A stretch of DNA of 63,030 nucleotides, counting the filler, from Klebsormidium nitens (Eukaryota > Plantae > Klebsormidiophyceae), in the NCBI GenBank assembly GCA_000708835.1. It is 4 parts of 4 records of this genome, joined end to end, with 100 filler letters (N's around TTAATTAATTAA, not from the genome) between each part and the next. Parts side by side here need not be neighbours in the genome. Positions count along the whole stretch, not along the records: positions 25,118 to 42,057 come from DF237976.1; positions 42,158 to 45,124 come from DF237000.1; positions 45,225 to 63,030 come from DF237979.1; 1 more part is not named here. One strand, 5' to 3'. The notes beneath the pieces were generated by a model that was given only the letters and a program-made list of their open reading frames with translations, did not search any database and was not told the origin of the DNA. Position 1 is the first letter of the stretch. Each line of letters begins with the position of its first letter. Shown here piece by piece: positions 33,658 through 45,225 of this stretch. The position numbers and the translations under genes were made by a program.

Positions 33658-36600
33658 TCATCTCCTTCGATCCGTGGATTCCTGCAGAGAAAGGTGTAAA
33701 CACGGCTGAGGGACACCACACAATTACATGTTGTTGACATGGCACCATATTTCTTCCAAAGACAAGGTCAAAGTCGCTGCAAATCAAGCAGAGGGCGGTG
33801 ACTGCAGAGTGACAAGGATGCCAGACACTCTGACCTTTTAAAAAGAGATGGCCGGCACGAGCAGAGTCCAAGCTAAGGAATCCGGGCAAGGATTCACAAG
33901 GTCCTTGCAACCATGACCCATGATACCATTATCTCATCTCACACACTGGTAACTTACGGTGTTCTGGGAGCTTCGGTGCCGGTTGCTGTCCTTGTGATCC
34001 TTGTGAGATCGGTGCGATGCTTGTCGCTCCCGGTCCCGGTCTCGGTCTCTGTTGCGGTCGCGGTCGCGGTCCCTGCCCCAATCCCTGTCCCGATCCCACT
34101 GGCTGCGATCCCCTGCCTCCCGTGCGCGATGCCCGGAGCTGCCTCGCCCCTTGTCCCAGTCGCGCCGCCTCTGGCCGTTCTTGTGCCGCTTTCCCCCGGA
34201 AGACGGGCTGCGGCCCCGGCCAGACTCCAATGGAGACCTCGACCTGCAAGTGCACAAAAGACAAAGGGCTCTATTTTCAAGCGCTCTTGTGAAGAGCTCC
34301 CAAGGGGCGGCCTCACTCATCACCTGAAGCGGCCCAGCTCTTGACTGCCGCTGTGGCCGCGCTTGCTTCCCTGGATCCCAGCCTTATGCTCCTGTGTCGC
34401 CTTCAAATACAGACCAGGCAGCGCAAGTGCAGGTCTTGAAGCATGCGCCCAACCTTGCACGATGCAGTCCCCGCCTGATCTTTAAAGTTCCTGGGAAATC
34501 GGAGCCTGGTTGTGAAGCTCAGGTACTTGGGACTGACGTGATTAACTTCTCCCAAAGCAAGGCGAGTGGGTCCCGAAAACGGACCATTGAGACTTTTTCG
34601 TCAGGTAACCCTGCACCAATTAGTTGACGGGAATCCCAGAAAGATGTCTGGGAACCACAGCCGTGAAAGCCTTCCTAGCAATGAGAAGCTTCTCAACACT
34701 CTGCCTAGCGGTAAGCTGGTCATCAGATTGTTCAGCTCAATCATCCACTTGAAAGTACGCAGTCGAGCACAGATCACTGTTGTCCCTCCATCATAAGCAC
34801 ACATGATCACCCAATACCATACCCAATTTTGTGAGGTCTAGGACAAGCCAACTTCGCCCCAGATCGTTCAAGCGGAAACAGCATTCCGCAGGTCGGACAC
34901 CAGATGGGTAGCTGGGGTGCTCACCTGGAGAGGTGCCCCCCCCTGCGGCGCGGTGGGCTGGCGCTGCGGCTGCGGCTGCGGGTGCGGTCGCGGCTGTAGC
35001 TCCTGCTCCTGCTGCGCGACCGCCCGCGCGCCCCTCGCTCACGCTCGCGGGAGGCCTTGCCAGGGCTGCGCACCTCGTGCGACACAGGGCTTGATGGGAT
35101 TTCCCCTTCCTCAGACGGAATCTCGCCCTCTTCAGCGGCGTGCCCCGGACCCTGACTTGCCGTAGGCGCCACTTCCTGCCGTCCGGATGTTCCTCCGGGC
35201 GCTGACCCCACCTCTCCACCATCTCTGTCTGGAACCCCCTCACCACTCCCGGCACCCTTGCTCCTGGCCCCCTGCTGTGCGGTAGCCTCGGCCTTCCCTC
35301 CGCCCTGCTCTTTCCCCGCGTCTGCGCCTGGAGCTCCAGCAGCGCCTGACACGCCGGCCCGCAGCTCCGGCTCGAGCCCCACCCCATGTTCAGCTCCCAG
35401 GGGTTGTTCGGGCAGGCGCGGCAATGGCGGCGGGGCGGCGGCAGCAGGCGCGGCGCTGGGTGGTGTGTCCTCGTCCACATCCATGGGCTCATCCAGCGCC
35501 TCCCCGCCGGCAGCGCCCTGCAAGCCTGGGCCCGCTGATGCTTTGGCGCCCTCATGTTCGGACGTAGATATGCCGGTACCCTCCTTGGCCTCGCCCCCGC
35601 TGCCTTTGCTTGCGCCAGTTTGAGCGCTTATTGCTTCTGCCAGGCCCGCCGTTTCGATTCCGCCAAACTTTTGTCTAGAACCATTCGCACTCGCCTCCCT
35701 GACTCCATCCCCGGCAGCCCCGGTGTCTGCTGCTTCCCCAGGTGCGACCCGCACTTCACCTGCAGCCCCAGCTGTCTTGTGCCCGTTCTCGTCTCTTCGA
35801 GTTACTGCTCCAACGGGCGCTCCCAACTCCCCTTCCCCCGTTCGGGTCTGCTCCACTGCAGCGGCTGTGGAAACAGACGGCGCTGCAGCGACCACAGCCG
35901 GGGGAACATTGGCAGCCTGTGCCGCGGGGGCTGCGTCCCCCTCTCTGGCACTGCTCCCTGGAAGTGGGAGGGGCGCCGCAGGCACGGGGGCGCTGGCTCC
36001 AGAGGTGAGCGAGGCCTGCGCGGCGCGGTCCGCCACAGAGGGGGTGGCGGGGTGGCGTTCCTTGCTCTTGGCGCCCGCCGCGCTCTTGCTGGGGGCGGCC
36101 TGCTTGGAGTGGCGGCGGCTGCTGGCGCCGGTGGTGCCGCTGCCGTCCTTGGTCTGCTCGTACAGCTCCAGCATCTGGCTGCTCACGTCCTCCAGGATGC
36201 TGGGCGTCACCTGGAACTCGGTCCACCACGGCTTGCCGTCCTGCTGCGGCAGGCTGATCTTCAGAAACTTGGCCGCCAGGTAGATGGCGCCCGCCGCCAC
36301 CTCGTGCGGCTTGAACTGCAGCCCCAGCGACGTGCGAAGCCTGCGCAAAGGGGCGTAGCAAACCGTGATTTCTAGCACTGCCAGACCGTGATGCTTGAGG
36401 GAGGCAAAAGATGCGGGCATCACCAGCTTGCAGGAGAGAGACAGACAGTGATTCAACATCTTATCTCATGGAACGTGGTAGAATGAAGCAGAGAAGGGCA
36501 ATGAGACAAAACCAGAACTTAACCCCAGCAGATGATCCCTTGATCGACTCACAAATCCTAGCAGTGCGAGGAGGAGGGCTGCCAGCAGTGTCGAAAATGG

Positions 36601-37761
36601 GCTCACCCGTCATTGACGAAGTTCCAGGAGACCTGTGCCAGGTGTTTAAGCGGACCCTCCTTGTCGAACTTGCGGATGGTGGAGAGCAGCGGCTTGTACG
36701 GATGGTTGATGTTCAGGTCGAAGCTGAGCGTGTTCATCACCAGATACTCGCCCGCCAGCAGCAGCTCGCGCTCGTGCTCAAACACCTCCTGCACACACCA
36801 CCCGGGGCACCAGCATCATGGCAAGGCCAACCCCGCCCTCCCAGCCGAGTATCGGGGTTGCAGGTGCAAGGAGTGCAGGAACTGCTGATGAGAATGCCAA
36901 TCCTGCTGCCGAGGTTGCCATGCAAACAGACCACAGCAGCAAGGACAGCTCCGAGGGGTCAGCACCGGGAAGTGGTGCAGAGAGGGATCGCTGTCTGCCG
37001 TCAAGAAAGATTGCTGTGCAACGAGCGCTTTGAATGGAAGCTTACTCGGCTCTGCTTGATGCGGTCTTCTGCACCCTTGTCTTTCTTGTGCCTGATGATG
37101 TAAGTGACGTAAATGACATCCTTGAGCTGCCGTGGGGTATCCTCCACTTTCCCAGCAAGGAACAAGCAGGTCGAGGCAATGACCTGTACCAGCAGGGTAG
37201 AATGAGAAGGGGTGACACCAACGACTCGCAGAGGGACACAAAAGCACAGTCCACTGCAAGCTGACACACGGATTTGTGCAACAGCTGCCGGATGCCAGCA
37301 GAACGGACCAAAGCCAACATACGCAGGTGCGTCAAGATGGGACTTGCTTGCTCACATATCTGTCCTGCTGCGCATAGGACTGCCGCATGAAGAACCGGTG
37401 GCAGAACATGATCGCCGTGGCGATTGTCAGCTGGGGCCTGTAAAAAATCAGCGCCACCGAGACAATTTCATCACTGAGAAAACAAAAAATGGCTTCGACA
37501 GACTTAGGGTTTACTAGCTCTGTCACTTGCGATTGACGGAAGCTTTGATTCGAATGTCAACGGGAGGAGGGCAAGTGGTGTGCTTGCTCACACTTTGAGG
37601 CGCATGCCCGCGTCCTGAATAAACGTGCAGCACCCCTTGCGCAGCCAGGCTTCCTTCTTGGCGTCAATGCCATCCTTCCGGGACGGCGTGTTCTTCTCAA
37701 TATCCTCCTTGGAAAATATCCATTTTCCTGTTGCATGATCTGCCTCAATGATGGAGCCCAT
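33658..37761 (-). CDS. CYCT1: Cyclin T1 (plant-type P-TEFb cyclin) with a long low-complexity and RS/RD-rich C-terminus, about 765 aa, 7 exons
   Basis: Exons 37592-37761, 37356-37437, 37046-37183, 36607-36788, 34925-36340, 33958-34243, 33658-33681 (2298 nt, in phase). [96 protein letters not shown] are plant CYCT1 signatures. AATAAA follows the stop. The last exon is the least certain. Confidence 0.92.
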
Positions 37762-38615
37762 GCTGCAAGTTGCAAAGCACAAGTCTTTACAACCGATAGA
37801 GCACCGCGAGAGCCTTTGTACAAACACTTGAACAACACTGAAAGCATTGCCTAAAAAGAGCAGCGGCACCAGATACTTTCACATCAAGAAATCTCTGAGC
37901 CGCCAACTCTGAATTTTCAATCGAGTATATAGCGAACACTCTGTAGCAGACTGTTTATGCATTTTAGACAGAAGGAAGCGATGTGCTGGATGCCAACAGC
38001 ACTTCCTCACCTCGTCCCGCTATTGAATCCAAAGTGTCAATAAAGCTTCAACCTGCAACAAGGCGATTTGACAACTAGGTGTCACCATCACCACAGATCC
38101 ATGCGACCTTGCTTCATCTGGCTATCAATTGAGTCATTGCTAAAGGACCCTCCCAGATGCCCAATCCAACATGGACAAGCGACCAGCTCTTTGCAAAGCG
38201 CCCTGATGCTCGTTCAAAGAGTCTGCGAAGCGCAGCTTTGCTACTGCCCTAAAGAGAAAAGGAACGAAGTACCTCCGCAACAATTTTACACAATATGCTC
38301 CTGACTCCCGAGTCCTAGGTATATAGGCTACGGTCTACCTACCGTACGTTGGATAAGTTATAACTGTAATTTACAAGTTTCAGTTAGGTAAGCACCTAAC
38401 CACTTGGTACCACCTTCTGAAGTATATGTTATTGTTCCTCCTCTCGCACCGTAGACTAGTTCGTACCATCTGCGAGCGTTCTCGAATTCCTGCTGCTCCG
38501 GATCCCCTAATTCGGTGTGCATTGCGCCGATCTAACCGGAATCGGGATTGACGTGCAACGAGCTGGTATTGGTATACCAACCCATCATATCCTCTCTTCC
38601 ATCTGCCCTCGTATG

Positions 38616-38620
<5 letters not shown>

Positions 38621-38668
<48 letters not shown>

Positions 38669-38674
38669 TTTTTT
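38621..38674. repeat. (GT)16 microsatellite fused to a T23 tract
   Basis: Read directly; on the minus strand this is poly(A) followed by (CA)n. Confidence 0.95.
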
Positions 38675-39502
38675 GGTTTTTCTAAAGGGTTTTCTACCAA
38701 AAGACTCGCAATCTTTGAGGTTTCGCAAATCTTTGAGCTCAAAGATGAAAGATTAACTAGAGCGGCGCCAGGCGTTGTGACCGTCGGTACCCCAATGTGG
38801 GTATCCGGTACCACAGATATGGACCGCCGGCCGTACCACGCAACTCGTGGTACCGACCGGCGATAAAAAGATGACACTACTACGGTACGCAACACACCTT
38901 AAGTCGGTAACCTAGGCTTTCATGTAGTCAGTGTCATCAAAATGGTACGTACCTTGTTTCCCCGGTCGACCGGCGGTACTACCTAGGTAATGAGTACCGT
39001 ACTACTTCTACGTACACGGCGGCAGTACATTTTGAGTACGCGATAAATTGTAGGTTAGAAAATCTGACCGTCGCTACGGTTTGGCCTAGCGCTTGAGCTC
39101 ACGGGGCTGTATGTCCCGGGGAGATTTACTTATACTACCACAGGCTGTAAAGGGTTCCCGGTACTGTGCTAGACCGAGCCGCGCTAGAACTAGGTTATGA
39201 GGCTAGGCGATCAAATGTAGATTGACCGCCCGGGTGTGCCTGAGACCCGGGCGATCCGTGAACTGCACGCCGCTATGAAATACTGCCCGGCCTATGCCTA
39301 ATACCGGGCAGCCTGGAACACCAGACCGGTTCACCTGATGTGAGCCATGCACAGGAGTCCAGTAGTACCGCGGTTCGTAATTCCGACGGTATCGGATGAA
39401 CGAATTCGTTCAAGGTTCAAATGCACGGTCGATATTCCAAATTCACCGTCGGACGGGACCTCGGTACCCACTGGATTGGTACCTAGGTAGTATCTAGGGT
39501 AG

Positions 39503-39571
39503 CCTAGAGCCTAGGCCCTAGGCTCTAGGCTCTAGGCTCTAGGCCCTAGGCTAGCTAGCTTAGAGCCTAGG
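39503..39571. repeat. Heptamer tandem array (CTAGGCY) about 7 copies
   Basis: CCTAGGCCCTAGGCTCTAGGCTCTAGGCTCTAGGCCCTAGG. Confidence 0.85.
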
Positions 39572-40139
39572 AGGGTAAAATCCTCGATCAGCTGAGCCAA
39601 TAATAGAGAGTTTCGCCTGCTATGGAAATTTGGCAGCTTCATTTACAATATATATAATATTTTACTACGGGGCTAAATGACCTTCAAACTTACAACTAAA
39701 AGGTATTCTGCATTCAAAATGCTGGGCAAGTCAGATAATATAAATTGTTGCCCAACTGGACAATTGGTACGGGTATGGGGGCTAGGGGGAATTGGCACAT
39801 TTGTACGTAGGCTTGCAGGGGCATATGCTACCAATGACCATGTAGGATACAAGCTTTTGAGACTCCTTGACTTTGTTCCAGATAGAATTGATGTAGTTGA
39901 GTCATTGTCATATTGAGTGACCATTTGAACCATCTTTCTGCCAGATGAGTCATGTATACAGCCAGCATACAACACGCTAAAAAGTGTTGTTATGAAAGGC
40001 TCAAAACGCTTATCTTTTGGATGCATGATCGTTTGCATTTTGAATGCATATGATGGACAACTTATGAAGCCTTGAAGCAACCTAGAGCTTATAAGAGCAA
40101 GCGCTTATGTTGTTTTCAATCAGATATATGTGTTAGTGT

Positions 40140-41537
40140 TTATGTCTGTTTCCGAAACCCACTTTGGGCCCACCTATTGTAATCAATCCTAGGCCAGCAT
40201 TTGCTTTCCTCAGGTTCCCGTCGACAAGACCTCTTCTCTCTAGCGATAGTGAGAAGGCACGTTGTGCCATTTGACAGCTCTTTCCTTTGACCGAGCCAAC
40301 ATTCAGCTGTCACTTCTGGCCGATCCATGAATTCTTGCCACTCAGTCTTCATCTTCTTTTCGAATCTCATCGTAGATTTCAAACCCCGAATCCAACGAGG
40401 CGGACGTCAAACGTGCAACCGGATGTTCTATGAGCAATTCGTTCAAATTCCCTGGAAATGGTCTGTCCGCCTTTACCAACGCAATGTACTCGGAGGCAAA
40501 GGGGTCGGCCGGGCTCCAAACTATGCTGTGGTTCCCCGCAATTGTGAGCTTCTCTACGTCTGGCCAGTTAAAGGGTTGCAGTGCACCTTCATCTCAAGGC
40601 TTACCACATGCACCCGCGCCGCACCGTAGGTGTACGGCAGTCCTGCTGTTCCGAGCTCCAAGATCCGCACTCCCCGCCAGCCGGTGTAACCCAAATACGG
40701 CGACACCTCGATGTTGTCGCCCAGGGGGAACTGCCAATTGGGAATCTTGACATGGTCTACTTGCGGAAACGCCGCCGAAAGCAAGTCAAAACCTTTCCCG
40801 TACTCACGGTGCGACGTCCTAAGAACGGACTCAACCGTCCCGTCGCCGTCTTGCTCGGGGCGGTCTACGTTCACGGTGAGCACTCGGACCGGTTTGAGCC
40901 TCCAAAGTCTTCGGGAGACGAATCGGAGTTGCCAATTGGGGTTCAATGGATCTAGTGTAAGCTCTACTTCTCGGAGGCCCTTGCAAGTCACCAGAGAAGC
41001 ATCTAGCATCGGAAAGCCCGCAATCGACTCAAAATAGGAGAAATCTCTCGACTCTGTTGCCACATTCCAGGCCGTCTCCTGAGCACGCGCTCTGAACGCT
41101 CTTCCCCAGTTGTTGGTGCTCAAGTGTGTCAGCGTCCCCGAGGAGTTCTCCCACACCGTTGCACTTCTAGCCGCCCCTTCCAGGTGCATCTGCTCCCAAG
41201 CATGCCGTCCGAGCTCCTCCACAATCGCTGGAGCCCCCTCGTTGCTTTCGGAAAGCCGTGCATCCAAGGTCTTTAATAGGATATTGTCAGCTTCCTCAAC
41301 AATGCGCCTCACGTGGTGGACCTCTGTAGCATCTCGCACCCGTAGCGTTTTTACAAAACGCAGTCCAACGGTCGCCCACTCTCTGCAAGTCAGACGAATC
41401 GCAGCTAGCGGCAATGTTGTTTCAGACGCCCTTGGACCCTCGGAAGCTAGCACTCTAGCAAAGATGGTGTGGCAAAGCTCCTCGCTCAATCTGTCAAACC
41501 AATTGCGTGTCACCATCATGGCCGGCTTGCATGGCAA
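40140..41537 (-). pseudogene. Intronless F-box / LRR-like gene with two compensating frameshifts (pseudogene or sequencing errors)
   Basis: N-terminal F-box-like motif WFDRLSEELCHTIFARV...AIRLTCREW. Frame 1 stops at 40554; a shifted frame reads ALQPFNWPDVEKLTIAGN...NLNELLIEH...EIYDEIRK to 40342; the original frame resumes with KMKTEWQEFMDRPEV...KQT* at 40140. Confidence 0.6.
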
Positions 41538-42169
41538 TCTTTCACTATTGTTCCATGATGCGCGCTAACTCTAAGCTTCATATGAAGCCCAACAAGTCTG
41601 CCAATGGCGCTCCTCTAGTGTCGCTACCTCTGTGGTTTGAATTTCGGCAGTCTTGTAGCGCGAATCGTGGCGCCAGTTCTGTCGCCAATTGCTGGCGCGA
41701 GCCCAGTCATGATTAGTTCGCGCTTCATCGCGCCGTTGCCGGAATACTACGGGTGCCGTTTGCGAACTGCGTACCGCCGGTACTCTGATTTAGGTACCCG
41801 GTACCGCCCAGAAGGTATCCGCCCTAGTTGCGTTGTCAGCCGCTTGCAGTGCGCCGCGAGCCATGCCTTGCTGGCGCTAGCTTGCGCGACGTAAGTTTGC
41901 GGCCGCCGGAGGAATAATATGGCTAACTTTTCAAATGTGGTACCGCCGGTACCCTAATTGGGGTACCCGGTACCCACGAAAATAAGTCCGGACCATGCCA
42001 CGCGATCCTTTGTACAGACCATCGACAGATATCCAAATACATCCAGACTCCTTAAGCNNNNNNNNNNNNNNNNNNNNNNNNNNNNNNNNNNNNNNNNNNN
42101 NTTAATTAATTAANNNNNNNNNNNNNNNNNNNNNNNNNNNNNNNNNNNNNNNNNNNNATACCTTCCAGG

Positions 42170-42745
42170 GCCTCTTGAGGGGTCCTGACATGCTGTAATT
42201 CGAGGGATTCGGGTAACTTGAGCAACTCTTTACCGTGGACAGGGCCTTGAAGGGTCCGGATCACGCTGTAATTTGAGTGATTCAGGTAACTTGAGTAACT
42301 CTCTACCTTCGAGGGGATCGAGGGGTCTGGACATGCTGGAAGCCTTGTAATTACGTAATTTCGCTAATTTACGGTAATAAGAGGTGCAATTAGCGAAGTT
42401 GCTCGAATTAGGCAAATTATCACGGAAACCATGGTGAGCGTACACATGTAGACGCTTAGCACTATGAGTGAGAGGTGTGACATACACCCTTGGATATCAA
42501 ACGCCTTGTAATTAGCTAATTTGGCTAATTCGAGCAACTTGGAAGGTGCAATTAGCAGAGTTGCTCAAATTACCTAATTATCATGGAAAACATGAAGGGC
42601 ATGCACCGTGGGTCTTTTCGCTGTGACGCAAGGAACATGCGAGAGGTCTCACAGCCCCTTGTAATTAGCTAATTTGGGTAATCCAAGCAACTGCAAGAGG
42701 TGAAGTTAGCAGAATTACTCGAATTAGCTAATTATTGGAGAAATA
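42170..42745. repeat. Subterminal-type repeat array: two about-78-bp units, then three longer-period units with internal inverted TAATTAGCTAATT / GAGCAACT...AGTTGCTC motifs
   Basis: CCTTGTAATTAGCTAATTT...GAGGTGCAATTAGC...GTTGCTCGAATTA recurs near 42345, 42505 and 42658. Confidence 0.7.
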
Positions 42746-44079
42746 ATGGTTCGGGTACTCCTGCCCGCACGCGCTAGCGTGTAGCAAAGTGTTTAGCATG
42801 TGTTTGAGACCTGATAATCACGCTAATTTTAGTTGAAGTCCAAGATATTTATGGTACAAATTCAAAGGCATAAAAGTGCTCAGAATGACTATATAAAATG
42901 GGAAAAAGCATCCGGGGGTCTTTGGCTTCATTGTTTAAGGGTTAACCAATGGTAACCATGTTATAGACTACGTTCCAGAATTCCTCCAGAATCCCCCAAG
43001 GCCCGAATTAGCGTCCCCCTAAAGAAACTTGTTCCAAATGAAACGCATTGAGTGCCAGTTTTGCAGCTTATGAGTATATATATACATAGTATAGCGCTCG
43101 ATCAAAAGTCGCCGCCCAAGTTGTTACACCAATTTACAAGCTGAGCAATATGGCGTATGAAAAATACTCGGAAAATATGTACAATTGCCTTTAATACAAT
43201 TGTAGAAGTACCAAGAAATAGCAAAGCACGTCATGCAGGTTTATTGGTAAGAAGCGTCGCGTTGCAGTTCTGCAGCGGCATGGAAAGAGCCTCAGAAGGT
43301 CGACTTGAAAACCCTTAATGGTATAATGGACCCAATAATGCGGCTCTCGGGGTGTGTGACGTGTCAATAAACTTGGGTTTTATATATATAAATTGAAGCT
43401 CAAATTCCGGCGGCAGTCGTTCGCGCGTATATCGATTAAAATTCATGTGTTCAATGTATTTTATCTACCAACGTCAGCGAATGACGTCCGTACCGAACTC
43501 TCAGAGTCCCGAATATTTTCTCGGATTTGTCAAACTCTCCAAGTTTTTTCCCGAACTCTCCTAGCAAACTCTCCTAATGGCAGGTCTCGTTTTTCCCACT
43601 ATGAGAAGGGTTTTAAGGCTGATTTCAGCGGTTTCTCGGCTTTCAACTTCCGTTTTAGATTTATTTGACCTTTCCGAATTTGCACTTTCCGAATGCAAAA
43701 TCCGAATGTCTGACTTTCCGAATGCAGATAATTATTTATTTATTCGGAGTCATCACCGGGGAGTACGGTATGTCAAATGTGTCTCTTATTTTATGCTTGA
43801 GAGCACAAAACTTCAAAACCTTCAATCCGATACCATTTGGATTTGTTATCGTTTATTGAGTTATTAAATAATCTGCGCCAGTTTAGCGTTTCACCGTTAC
43901 AGCCCCGGAACTTCGTCAAAAATGGTCCGGATCTGGAATTTCAAATATGTCAATACCTTAGAATTTCAAGACCTTTCCAACGAATATCTTACATAGTTGA
44001 AATATTGGGTATTCCAAAAGCCGAGCGTTACACCGTTACATGCCTGCTGAACCAAAAGCTGGACACCTAACCGTGCTAC

Positions 44080-44392
44080 CGCCCTTGCGTATAAGCTGAA
44101 GATGAATCCAGGCTGGCGTATTCACCCTGTATTTCACGTATCTCTGCTTGAGCCTTACAGGTCAGACGGACGGGTACAACCCCCACCACCGCCAATTGAA
44201 TTGGAAGGTGCTCTGGCGTATGAGGTGGATTCGATATTGGATCATCGATTCCGAGGACGACGTCATCCTCGTGCCTCTTATCTCGTATCCTGGAAGGGTT
44301 ATGGTCCAGAACATAACTCGTGGGAGCCAGAGAGATATGTCGTGAACGCGCCCCGGGCCCGAGTGTGTGGCGGATTATTGGAGAAGACTTGA
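44080..44392 (+). mobile_element. Ty3/gypsy chromovirus remnant: integrase C-terminus plus chromodomain
   Basis: [25 protein letters not shown] (GPY/F region) then [10 protein letters not shown]...[18 protein letters not shown]. Confidence 0.9.
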
Positions 44393-45225
44393 AGAACGGC
44401 GAGAAGGGCTTGGGGCGTCCTTATTGTTTAGTATTCAGTCAGAGCGGTATAGTTACTTTTAGTAACTAAGCTCCCACAGGACGCCGTACTCGAGTTGGTT
44501 GTCTTGTACGGAAGTTAGTAGGTCCGACACTGAAGTAAGTGGTAGTAAAGTTGTCTCTTCGTGATAGTAAATGTTCCCGTGAGTGTCCTATCCTCGGAGG
44601 ACATAAAATAAGCCGAGGAAAAGTAAAGCCAGGGCATTGTGACATATGGGCTATGGTTAAGTCTAATCGCACATAGTCACCAGTGAAGTTAACCTTCGGG
44701 TGCGCGAGTACGCCGGGTTGAGGCGTATGAGCTAAATATTGATGTTACGTAGTTAATGCTAGCCTGATTAATTACGCCACCGAACAGCTTGTAGAGTGCA
44801 GGATAAGAATGCTTAGTCATTGATGTGACTGCATGATCTTGCAAGACTATGGCATGACCAGGATTGCTTGGCACTCTACTATGTCACTGGTCGTAGTATG
44901 CAATCCCACGAGTGCACAGCTGTCCTAGACATGTATGACTGGATGCGGCTACGAGAACGCCTGAGGGCGCTCCTCGAAGCAGCCTCTCCACGATTTGAGA
45001 CTTGGCTGAGTACTGACTGGAACAAGACACGGAACCTTGCGGGGATCATTCGAAGTTCCCAACCAGCAAGCAGAACTGTCTTGAGCAGAAAGACAACATT
45101 TTTTCAGAGCAAGCGCCTTCGTCCNNNNNNNNNNNNNNNNNNNNNNNNNNNNNNNNNNNNNNNNNNNNTTAATTAATTAANNNNNNNNNNNNNNNNNNNN
45201 NNNNNNNNNNNNNNNNNNNNNNNNA

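Noticed and set aside
33913-36375. Many overlapping plus-strand and alternative-frame ORFs of 90-270 aa
   Set aside because: Shadow ORFs of GC-rich cyclin T exons; the same applies to those overlapping the HD-Zip last exons and the CHAD exons
40551-40595. 45-nt GTAAGC...GGCCAG intron as an explanation for the F-box frame change
   Set aside because: Splicing it gives GTG|ACG TAG, an immediate stop; a 1-nt indel fits better
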